This document shows, one piece after another, positions 35,546 through 43,654 of a stretch of 64,000 nt of DNA (position 1 is its first letter; each line of letters begins with the position of its first letter). The DNA comes from Eubacteriales bacterium. Lineage in GTDB: Bacteria; Bacillota; Clostridia; Oscillospirales; CAG-272. The translations under genes were made by a program, and so were the position numbers. The stretch lies in the NCBI GenBank assembly GCA_045543375.1, contig JAZQMI010000119.1, forward strand, positions 5,236 through 69,235, read 5' to 3'. The notes under the pieces were generated by a model, which was not told where the DNA came from, did no database searches, and saw nothing but the letters and a program-made list of their open reading frames with translations.

Positions 35546-38101
35546 GTGGCCAACTATCGCCAAATTGAGAAAATCTTGCAGAGCGCGACACCCAAGCAGC
35601 GCGCGACCATGATAAAGCAGAACGGCCTTGACGGTGCGTTTGATGCAGATGGCTCTCTGAGGGCCGAGAAGCTGCGCGAATTGGGTGAGAATGTCATAGA
35701 TGGGCAAACGGACACCCAAGGGGAGAACGCGCAAGGAGAGGGCATCAGCGCGGCTGAGAGCGTGCAATTCCGCTTTAAGGATGGACAAGAGAGCAAGAGT
35801 CAAGATTTGGTGGACTTCTATCAATCGGTGCTCTCTATGAAGGACAACGCCGCCAAGAACAAACGCAAGAAAAAAATTGGCGTGGTAACGCAGGAGCACG
35901 CGACGCTTGTTTCTGATCTGATAAAAAAAGAAACCGGAAAGACGATCGATCTTTCCGATTACGAAATATGGATCAACGGCAGCGCGGTCAACCATATCGA
36001 GGATCGACACGGTAAGAACGGTGCGGCTGACAAGTCTATGGCGGACATGGATAATGTCGCGCGTATTCCGTGGGCGCTTGACAATGCAACGAGCGGCGAA
36101 GTGCTCAAAAAGGATGACGGAAATCTGGATTTGGACTACAACTATAAAAATAGTGATGGTTCACCATCTGTCAAAGTTCGCATCAGCAAGGAAGTAGATA
36201 ATGGGTTGCTCTTTGTTGCGGAATGTGTTCCGGATACGAATGAGAAAAAACTACATATTTTGAGTGCATATATGCAACAAAAAAGCAGTGAGGGTCAAGA
36301 GTTGACACATAAGACACAAAGTCCTCCGCAACCTACGTCCGAAACGGTACTTGACAGCAACACTGCTACTAATAGTATACCACAAAATCCGGATTTGTCA
36401 ACCGCCTCGGGTGAAAAATCCTCCGGAAATTCTAAACTCGGCTTCGCCGAGTTTGACCACCGCTTTATGAGCCCCGATTTGTGGCGCAGAGAGGGTGAGG
36501 TGGATGCCGACCTGAAAGCAATCAGCAAGCGGAGCGGGACGCAGGCGCGGGTATTCTCGGACGAGCTTTCCGAGGGTGCCAAAAAGAATTACCGCAAAAC
36601 AAAAAAGGCCCTGAACGTATTGAATGCGTTGGGCGGCAATGAGGTATCACTCGTGATCACCGAGCCGAGCGACACATACAAGGGCGGTCTTGTGAACGGT
36701 CGTACCATTTACATGCCTGCCGATCAGCTGGAGAGCGGTGACTGGGCTGGAACGCTGGTGCATGAGTTTACTCACTTCGAGGAGGGGACGAAGGAATACT
36801 CCGAGATGATGGACTATCTGCAATCGGATGATATCCTCGTGGACGACGGCAAGGGCGGTCGTGCCATCTTGCGCGACGTGGCCGAGAAGGCGGTGCAGGG
36901 CAAGGACTATGGCTTTGATGCTGAGGCGCTTCGCCAGATCGTTGACAAGGCGGACGCCGGAGAGCAGCTCACGGCCGAGGAGGCCAAGGCTTTGCGTGCG
37001 TATACCTCGGAGGTGACGGCGCACGAAACCGAGATCATGCTGGGCAACGAGGGCTTTATCGATCGCATCGTGCGGCAGAACGGCACGGCGGCCGAGCGCC
37101 TTGTGGGCAAGCTGCTATCTCTTGACAAAGCTTTCTCCAAAATGGGCGACAAGCAGGCCAAGGCTCAGCGCGACAAGATCCGCGAGGCCGAGCGGCTTTA
37201 TCTCAAGGCGGCAACTGCTGCGGGCAACGGAAGCATTCGCAAGATGATCCTTTCGCAAGTTCCTGAGTTGGAGGATGAGGAAGTGCAGTTGGCAAGAAAA
37301 GAAAGCAAGGAGAACCAAGGTTTAACCATTGACAACTACACCGAAGAGGACTATAATAATTACGGATGGGTAAGGGCAAACGATGTCCTAACAGCAGGTC
37401 AAATGAAAAATTTTGAGGCAAGGTTTGCAAAGGTAAAAAGCAAGCAGCTCAAAACTTACAAATCCAAGCAGGGCGAGTATATGATACCTGTGAGCGATAT
37501 ATATGATTATGAATCCGAAGGAATTGAAAACGTAATCGTATATGCTAAAGGGGAAATAGATAGTCCAATTGTAACGAGAATTTTAGAAATTGACCTTGAT
37601 AACGAAACGGATCTTGATAAAGAAAGGAGAAAAATATATGATGCTGAGCGGAGAGGAATACAGCCGCCGTCTGGAAACCTTTTCAGATTCCACCATTCAA
37701 CTGATTATGGATATAGACAGTATGGGCAAGGAACAGGCACTGAAAACATCGGAAATAACAGCGAATCCAGCGTTGAGCGAGGACGAGGTAGTAAAGCGTC
37801 TGCTCGACTTAAAGGTTTCCATGTAAATGAGAACGGAAGCACAACATACTACCGTGCTGATGGAAGTGAGGAAGTAAAATTTTCCTTGAAAGAAAGAGCT
37901 GATGCTGCAAAACAGCAGATGTCTGATGATTTCTCCGATCTGCTCGCCTCTGCCGGTATTGAGGGCGAGGCTTTGGAGATTCGCGGTGATCTGGCCGAGC
38001 TTTACCGCATAGCCAATGAAACGGACGGGGATGGAGCTTTTAAGCGAGGCTTAAGAGATAGCAAAACCGGACGAGAATTTCTCGTCCGCGTTTTTATTTA
38101 A
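35546..38101 (+). CDS. large 'polyvalent'-type protein with a barnase/EndoU/RelE-like nuclease-type block, a zincin HExxH metallopeptidase block and uncharacterised C-terminal modules
   Basis: 851-aa ORF starting at GTG 35546 without a convincing ribosome-binding site. NHIEDRHG is at 35990-36013 within a compact alpha+beta-looking segment. LVHEFTHFEEG (HExxH) is at 36761-36775. Base composition is mosaic, about 60% GC in the middle and about 32% GC around 37500. Confidence 0.65.
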   Translation: MANYRQIEKILQSATPKQRATMIKQNGLDGAFDADGSLRAEKLRELGENVIDGQTDTQGENAQGEGISAAESVQFRFKDGQESKSQDLVDFYQSVLSMKDNAAKNKRKKKIGVVTQEHATLVSDLIKKETGKTIDLSDYEIWINGSAVNHIEDRHGKNGAADKSMADMDNVARIPWALDNATSGEVLKKDDGNLDLDYNYKNSDGSPSVKVRISKEVDNGLLFVAECVPDTNEKKLHILSAYMQQKSSEGQELTHKTQSPPQPTSETVLDSNTATNSIPQNPDLSTASGEKSSGNSKLGFAEFDHRFMSPDLWRREGEVDADLKAISKRSGTQARVFSDELSEGAKKNYRKTKKALNVLNALGGNEVSLVITEPSDTYKGGLVNGRTIYMPADQLESGDWAGTLVHEFTHFEEGTKEYSEMMDYLQSDDILVDDGKGGRAILRDVAEKAVQGKDYGFDAEALRQIVDKADAGEQLTAEEAKALRAYTSEVTAHETEIMLGNEGFIDRIVRQNGTAAERLVGKLLSLDKAFSKMGDKQAKAQRDKIREAERLYLKAATAAGNGSIRKMILSQVPELEDEEVQLARKESKENQGLTIDNYTEEDYNNYGWVRANDVLTAGQMKNFEARFAKVKSKQLKTYKSKQGEYMIPVSDIYDYESEGIENVIVYAKGEIDSPIVTRILEIDLDNETDLDKERRKIYDAERRGIQPPSGNLFRFHHSTDYGYRQYGQGTGTENIGNNSESSVERGRGSKASARLKGFHVNENGSTTYYRADGSEEVKFSLKERADAAKQQMSDDFSDLLASAGIEGEALEIRGDLAELYRIANETDGDGAFKRGLRDSKTGREFLVRVFI

Positions 38102-38859
38102 ACTTCAATCGTCATACCATCCTCGGCGCGTATGACCTCGTGTGGATAGGCTGCCTGCGCAGCGGCCGTACAGCCCTCCGGGTCGGCGAGCATATCGCGC
38201 CCGTGATGGTAAAAGACCAATCGGCGGGGACGAGGCGAACGTTCGGCCAGATAAGCAGCAGAGCGAGCAGGCGTGTGATGCCCATTCTCCATGAGCAGCA
38301 GGTCACAATCCAGCCAGGGCTCAAGCTCGGAAATATCTCCTACGTCGCCGGAAAGCACCACGGTCTTGCCTTCCGCTTCGATGCGATAGGAAAACGCGTG
38401 CCAAGGCGCTTGAATTTCGCGCATGTGTGTGTTATGCAGTGCGGTGACGCGAAGAACACCGTCGTCGTAGAGCAGGCCGTCGTCAACGCCGCAAGCCTCG
38501 ATATAGGAAACGGCACGCGGATTACTATACTGATTCAGCATAGCGGCAGCCTCAATGGGTAGTTGCGAAGGCGAGAAAATTTTGATAGGGGATTCAACTT
38601 TTTTTCCATAACGCGCGCAAAGCTTATTGATTTCATACAAAAGATAGGGAAGTCCACCTGTGTGATCGATATGTGGATGCGTGATAAACAGGGCAGTCAA
38701 CCGCGTCAGGTCAAAGCCCATCAAATGCGCCGTATAACCGCAACTGTCACCGGCATCAAATTGATACAGCTTGTTGCCCACTTCAAGCATGAGCGCTGTA
38801 TGTCTGCGTCCGGACATGGCCTCGGTGCCCGAGCAGCTTCCTAAAATCGTAAAACGCAT
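38098..38859 (-). CDS. MBL-fold metallo-hydrolase
   Basis: HPHIDHTGG (HxHxDH) motif. Start at ATG 38859 with AAGGAGG upstream. Confidence 0.85.
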   Translation of the reverse strand: MRFTILGSCSGTEAMSGRRHTALMLEVGNKLYQFDAGDSCGYTAHLMGFDLTRLTALFITHPHIDHTGGLPYLLYEINKLCARYGKKVESPIKIFSPSQLPIEAAAMLNQYSNPRAVSYIEACGVDDGLLYDDGVLRVTALHNTHMREIQAPWHAFSYRIEAEGKTVVLSGDVGDISELEPWLDCDLLLMENGHHTPARSAAYLAERSPRPRRLVFYHHGRDMLADPEGCTAAAQAAYPHEVIRAEDGMTIEV

Positions 38860-39040
38860 AATTTGTGCCTCCTTACTTTTCTGCACAAATTATAACATAC
38901 CGCCAAGGAATTGTCAACATCGGGCGCAAATGTTGATTTTTTAGTGGATAAAATGTAAACATTTTGGGAATACGGTTGAAAAGCTTCGCTTTTTCCTATA
39001 TAATAAATGCAGAAAATATCATGATACGGGGTATACCATC

Positions 39041-39616
39041 ATGTGGAAATTTATTAAAGAGTATTCATACGACGCAGTTAAAATGTTCGTAACACAGTGC
39101 GCAATCTCGCTGTTCGGCTTGGTGCTGGTTTTGGCATCCGGTTTGGCTAAAAACGACACGCTGTCGCTTCTGAGCAGCATTGGCGCGATTTTGTTCTATC
39201 TGTTTTTGCTGTATACAACGGTTTGGGATATGGGCGCCAAGGACTCCATTTCGGTAGAATATGGCCATAAGCAAGCCATGCCGCTCAAGGGGCTTTATAT
39301 TTCCCTGATCGCCAATTCTATCAACTTTTTACTTGCCATTGGCATTCTGCTCGGTCTTCTGCTGTCAGACATTTCATTTTTCAGCACGCTGGGTGGAATC
39401 TCCAAAACGGTTGATATTCTGATCCAAAGCATGTATGCCGGTCTGCTCAAGCTCCAGATCACTCCCGGCGTTCCCCTCAATTCGCTGGCATTCGTTTATT
39501 TTCTGACGCCGTTGCCCGCCATGGGTATTTCTTACCTTGGTTATTGGATGGGGTCGAAAAACATCAGAATTCTCGGTCCGATCAGTGCGCCAACCAACAA
39601 AAAAGGCAAGAATTAA
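39041..39616 (+). CDS. hypothetical polytopic membrane protein
   Basis: 191-aa ORF with about 5 hydrophobic helices. A TTGAAA-17-TATAAT promoter lies upstream and a terminator at 39625-39650 downstream. Confidence 0.6.
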   Translation: MWKFIKEYSYDAVKMFVTQCAISLFGLVLVLASGLAKNDTLSLLSSIGAILFYLFLLYTTVWDMGAKDSISVEYGHKQAMPLKGLYISLIANSINFLLAIGILLGLLLSDISFFSTLGGISKTVDILIQSMYAGLLKLQITPGVPLNSLAFVYFLTPLPAMGISYLGYWMGSKNIRILGPISAPTNKKGKN

Positions 39617-39624
39617 CGTGAATT

Positions 39625-39650
39625 AAAGCCCTGCATCGCAGGGCTTTTTT
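39625..39650 (+). terminator. intrinsic terminator
   Basis: AAGCCCTGC / GCAGGGCTT stem followed by TTTTTT. Confidence 0.85.
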
Positions 39651-39687
39651 GTTTACAAAAGGTTTTCAATTTTATTCTCAATATCAC

Positions 39688-39716
39688 TTGACAATACATC
39701 GCAGAAGGGGTATAAT
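39688..39716 (+). promoter_or_regulatory. sigma-A type promoter (TTGACA-17-TATAAT) for htpG
   Basis: TTGACA at 39688-39693 and TATAAT at 39711-39716. Confidence 0.75.
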
Positions 39717-39725
39717 AATAGAAAA

Positions 39726-39752
39726 TTAGCACTCAGGGCAAAAGAGTGCCAG
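39726..39752 (+). promoter_or_regulatory. CIRCE operator (HrcA binding site)
   Basis: TTAGCACTC-N9-GAGTGCCAG compared with the consensus TTAGCACTC-N9-GAGTGCTAA. The left arm matches 9 of 9 and the right arm 6 of 9. It lies between the -10 box and the htpG ribosome-binding site. Confidence 0.8.
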
Positions 39753-39771
39753 CTCAAAAAGGAGAATTATC

Positions 39772-41670
39772 ATGGCAAAAAAGCAATTCAAGACCGAATC
39801 GAAAAAGCTGCTTGATATGATGATCAATTCTATATATACGCACAAAGAGATCTTTCTGCGCGAGTTGATCTCCAACGCCAGCGATGCACTGGACAAGTTG
39901 TATTTCCGTTCGTTGACAGATGACACCGTCACGCTCTCTCGAGAAGATTATGCCATCACACTGTCCGTCAACGAAAAGGAGAGAACACTGACCATTGCAG
40001 ACAACGGCTGCGGTATGACGCTTGCCGAGCTGGAAAACAATCTCGGAACAATCGCCAAGAGTGGCTCGTTTGATTTCAAACGCGAGCACGGCGACGCTAC
40101 CGAGTCCGAGCAGAGCGTAGATATCATCGGTCAATTTGGCGTTGGCTTTTATTCTGCCTTTATGGTGGCAGACAAGATCACGGTCGAAAGCCGCGCATAC
40201 GGTGCCGACGAGGCATATCGCTGGCAATCCTCGGGCGCGGACGGCTATACCGTCGAGCCTTGCGACAAGACCGATGCAGGCACGATCATTACGCTTTTGC
40301 TGAAGGCAGATACCGAAGACGAAAAGTACGGTGAATTCCTTTCTGAGCACAAGCTGCGTGCCTTGATCCGTAAGTATTCCGATTATATTCGCTATCCCAT
40401 CAAAATGGAGGTAACGACGAGCCGTCCCAAAGAGGGAAGTGAGAGCGAATATGAAAGTGTTAAGGAGCTTCAAACGCTCAATAGTATGGTGCCCTTGTGG
40501 AAAAAGAGCCCGTCCGAGGTATCGCGCGAGGAGTACGACGGCTTTTACCGCGATAAATTCTTTGATTTTGAAGCACCCGCCAAAGTGATTCACGTGCGTG
40601 CCGAGGGCTTGACAAGCTATGAAGCACTCATGTATATCCCGTCGCACGCACCGTATAACTATTACACAACCGATTATAAGCGCGGTTTGCAGCTATACTC
40701 CAGCGGTGTTATGATCATGGAGCATTGCGAGGACCTCATCCCGGATTATTTCGGTTTCGTCAAGGGATTGGTCGACAGTGCAGATCTTTCCTTGAACATC
40801 TCGCGTGAAATGCTTCAGCACGACAGACAGCTCAAGGCAATGGCCAAGGCGATTGAGAAGCGTATTCGCACCGAGCTTGAAAAAATGCTGCAAAGTGATC
40901 GAGAGGCCTATGAGAAGTTCTTTGATGCATTTGGCTTGCAGTTGAAATACGGCCTTTATGCCGATTACGGTGCCCACAAGGACGAGCTGCGCGACCTGGT
41001 CCTGTTCAGAAGTGGCGCCGAGCGCAAGCTTGTGTCGCTCAAGGAATACACCGACCGCATGAAGAGCGAGCAAAAGGCGATCTACTACGCTTGCGGCGAA
41101 ACGGCAGACCGCATTGCCATGCTGCCGCAGGTATCTGCCGTCGAGGCGCACGGTTTCGAAGTTTTGTATCTGACCGACGATATCGACGAATTTGCGCTCA
41201 AAATGTTGGGTGAATACCAAGGCAAGTCGTTTGCCAACGTCTGCACCGAGCAGCTTGATATTACCTCGGATGAGCAAAAAGAACAGATCAAAAAACAAAA
41301 CGAGGATGCCGGGGAGCTGCTTTCGTTTATGAAAGATACGCTGGGAGATGCCGTTGTAGCCGTTCGTCTGGTTGGAACGCTCAAAGAGCACCCGGTCAGC
41401 CTTTCCACCGAGGGTGAGATTACGCTGGAAATGGAAAAAGTGCTCAATAAAATGCCGGGCGCAGATATTGGTAAGGCCAAGGCATCGCTGGTGCTCGAGA
41501 TCAACGCCGAGCACGCAATTGCCAAGAGATTGCAAGAACTGTTTGTTACCGATCGTGAGCAGGTAGGGAATTACACCAAAATTCTGTACGCACAAGCAAG
41601 ACTGATCAGCGGCTTGAATGTTGATAATCCATCCGAGCTCAGTGAGCTGATCTGCGGATTGATGTATTAA
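39772..41670 (+). CDS. htpG: molecular chaperone HtpG (Hsp90)
   Basis: 632 aa with the N-terminal ...IYTHKEIFLRELISNASDALDK... GHKL ATPase signature and full-length Hsp90 similarity. Confidence 0.96.
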   Translation: MAKKQFKTESKKLLDMMINSIYTHKEIFLRELISNASDALDKLYFRSLTDDTVTLSREDYAITLSVNEKERTLTIADNGCGMTLAELENNLGTIAKSGSFDFKREHGDATESEQSVDIIGQFGVGFYSAFMVADKITVESRAYGADEAYRWQSSGADGYTVEPCDKTDAGTIITLLLKADTEDEKYGEFLSEHKLRALIRKYSDYIRYPIKMEVTTSRPKEGSESEYESVKELQTLNSMVPLWKKSPSEVSREEYDGFYRDKFFDFEAPAKVIHVRAEGLTSYEALMYIPSHAPYNYYTTDYKRGLQLYSSGVMIMEHCEDLIPDYFGFVKGLVDSADLSLNISREMLQHDRQLKAMAKAIEKRIRTELEKMLQSDREAYEKFFDAFGLQLKYGLYADYGAHKDELRDLVLFRSGAERKLVSLKEYTDRMKSEQKAIYYACGETADRIAMLPQVSAVEAHGFEVLYLTDDIDEFALKMLGEYQGKSFANVCTEQLDITSDEQKEQIKKQNEDAGELLSFMKDTLGDAVVAVRLVGTLKEHPVSLSTEGEITLEMEKVLNKMPGADIGKAKASLVLEINAEHAIAKRLQELFVTDREQVGNYTKILYAQARLISGLNVDNPSELSELICGLMY

Positions 41671-41674
41671 AACA

Positions 41675-41717
41675 AAAAAACACCGGCAGGACATCGCGGT
41701 CTTGTCGGTGTTTTTTA
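41675..41717 (+). terminator. intrinsic terminator after htpG
   Basis: ACACCGGCAGGAC...GTCTTGTCGGTGT imperfect stem followed by TTTTTT. Confidence 0.7.
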
Positions 41718-41867
41718 TCTATGATCGGCGCGAACCAAAGATCTTGCCGAAGAGAATACCCACTGTTCTGAAATACATATAATTATACAAAATGCAAATT
41801 TTGTATAATTTAGGGAATGGGAAACAAGGAAGATGTACGGGTTTTCTGAATTTCGGGCCACGAACAG

Positions 41868-43211
41868 CTATATATCGCCTTCGACTGCAATTCCGAGCTC
41901 GCGCAGACAGTCAAAGAAATTTGGAAAGCTTTTGCGCACGGCGTGTGCGTCTGTGATACATCCGTCGCCGACCATGCTGCACAAAACGGCCAAACTCATG
42001 ACGATACGATGATCGTTATGACCGCACAGTTCTTCTGTCGGCGCATGAATTGCTTGCCGGGCATCTCCCGGTAAAATCATGACCCAGCCTCCACACGACG
42101 TACCGTCGCCCAGCGCCGCCAATTCGGCGATATCCGTTTTGTATACGGTTGCGTCATCAGAGGTCACGACAACGGCGCCGAATTTACGCAATTCTGTGGC
42201 CATAGCCGCAATACGATCACTTTCCTTCAGCCGCAGACGTGCAGTATGCGTAAATATGGCACCACGACATAATGTCGCAGCAGCAAATAGAATGGGACCA
42301 AGATCAGGACAATCTTCCAAGGGAAAAATTGGTAATTCCCCGCTGTTTTTTACCATTTTCTGTAAAAAATCAGTGCTTATGCTGTCGCCTTGAATAATGT
42401 CGCTTTTGGGAGGATTACACACCTTGACAGATGCTCCTAACGCCCGCATCGCATAGAAAAAGGCGGCGCCGGAGGCATCTCCGTCTACACACATATCGAC
42501 CGAGTGATAGACTTGATTTCCCGGAATTTTTATGCAGCGTTCATTTTCCCAAAATGCTTTGACGCCAAAGCGTTTCATCACCGCCATCGTCATATCAATA
42601 TACGATCTGCTTTCCGGTGCTTGTCGCATCTCGATTGTACTGTCACCCGCAAGAAGCGGCAGCACAAAGAGCAGTCCTGTGACAAACTGACTGCTGATTT
42701 TTCCGGACAGGCGAAACGTTCCTGCCAAAAGAATGCATCCGCCACCGATTTCCAGTGATGTTTCGCTTTTTGAAAGCGAACGGTTGGCAAACAGCTCGTC
42801 ATAATCGGACAGCGGGCGTTCAAACAATCGAGCACTTCCCTGCAAACGGATGCTGTTTGGCGAAAGGAGGCAAAGCGGCAGCATAAAACGAAGTGTACTG
42901 CCACTCTCTCGACAAAGAAGTGTAGTTCCCTCTTGATCCCATTGTCCATGGCAGCCCTTGACAGACACTTGTCGGCAACGCTCGTCCGACGGGTCTTTTT
43001 TTATTTCAAAAGAAACGCCCAGTGCGCTAAGACAATCCAACGTCGCATCGATATCCTCATTGTATGGGACACCCGATATCACGCTTGTCGTGCCGTTGTC
43101 GGCTAATGCGGCGCAAATCAATGCGCGGTGTGCAATGCTTTTGGACGTGGGAACGTAAACGGAACCGCAAGGCTGGCTCTTGCGAACCGTTACGGTATCA
43201 TGACGTGTCAT
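41868..43211 (-). CDS. aroA: 3-phosphoshikimate 1-carboxyvinyltransferase (EPSP synthase)
   Basis: 447 aa with PTSKSIAHRALI near the N-terminus and a later HNDHRIVMSLAV block. It is the last gene of the aro operon. Confidence 0.92.
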   Translation of the reverse strand: MTRHDTVTVRKSQPCGSVYVPTSKSIAHRALICAALADNGTTSVISGVPYNEDIDATLDCLSALGVSFEIKKDPSDERCRQVSVKGCHGQWDQEGTTLLCRESGSTLRFMLPLCLLSPNSIRLQGSARLFERPLSDYDELFANRSLSKSETSLEIGGGCILLAGTFRLSGKISSQFVTGLLFVLPLLAGDSTIEMRQAPESRSYIDMTMAVMKRFGVKAFWENERCIKIPGNQVYHSVDMCVDGDASGAAFFYAMRALGASVKVCNPPKSDIIQGDSISTDFLQKMVKNSGELPIFPLEDCPDLGPILFAAATLCRGAIFTHTARLRLKESDRIAAMATELRKFGAVVVTSDDATVYKTDIAELAALGDGTSCGGWVMILPGDARQAIHAPTEELCGHNDHRIVMSLAVLCSMVGDGCITDAHAVRKSFPNFFDCLRELGIAVEGDI

Positions 43212-43212
43212 A

Positions 43213-43653
43213 TCAGAACTCCTTCAAGTGTGCAAGCAAAAGATCCATAGCTTCCAAATATCCATCCGTTCCATGACCTTTGACCGTGGCAATGCACGCG
43301 GCGCGAATATAACTGATGCTACGGAACTGCTCGCGCGTATCGGGATCGGAAATATGGATCTCCACGGCAGGAATACGGGTCGCTTTGAGCGCGTCAAGCA
43401 GCGCGATGCTCGTATGAGTGTAGGCGCCGGGATTGATCACAATGCCGTCCATACCGTCAAAATAGGCCTTTTGAATGGCATCCACCAAAGCTCCTTCGTG
43501 ATTGGATTGTACAAATTCCACGCTCGTGTTGCGTGCTTTGGCATGAGTGCTGATCTTTTGCAACAGCGTTTCATACGTTTCTTTGCCGTAAATATCCGGC
43601 TCGCGCACGCCGAGCATGTTCAAATTCGGACCGTTGATAACCAGAATTTTCAT
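43213..43653 (-). CDS. aroQ: type II 3-dehydroquinate dehydratase
   Basis: MKILVINGPNLNMLG.REP.IYG N-terminus with a later HISN-like HISDP block. The start at 43653 makes a 146-aa protein; the track ORF start at 43845 is rejected. Confidence 0.93.
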   Translation of the reverse strand: MKILVINGPNLNMLGVREPDIYGKETYETLLQKISTHAKARNTSVEFVQSNHEGALVDAIQKAYFDGMDGIVINPGAYTHTSIALLDALKATRIPAVEIHISDPDTREQFRSISYIRAACIATVKGHGTDGYLEAMDLLLAHLKEF

Positions 43654-43654
43654 A

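Larger units (their letters stand above)
34427..38101. mobile_element. probable remnant of an integrative/conjugative or phage element (recombinase plus polyvalent protein); boundaries undefined
   Basis: A divergent recombinase and polyvalent-protein pair is wedged between uxaC and an MBL hydrolase gene. No flanking repeats were identified by eye. Confidence 0.4.

Noticed and set aside
38914-38942. The plus-strand terminator-like hairpin TCAACAT...ATGTTGA followed by TTTTTT in the divergent region upstream of 39041.
   Set aside because: It is only a 7-bp AT-rich stem and no upstream plus-strand gene needs terminating. It is probably fortuitous.
41831-42010. A roughly 60-codon plus-strand ORF downstream of the AT-rich palindrome and TGTATAAT-like box, antisense to the aroA 3' end.
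   Set aside because: It lies entirely inside the aroA coding region on the opposite strand, has no recognisable motif and only a weak ribosome-binding site. It is kept only as a possible antisense-transcript note under the palindrome finding.
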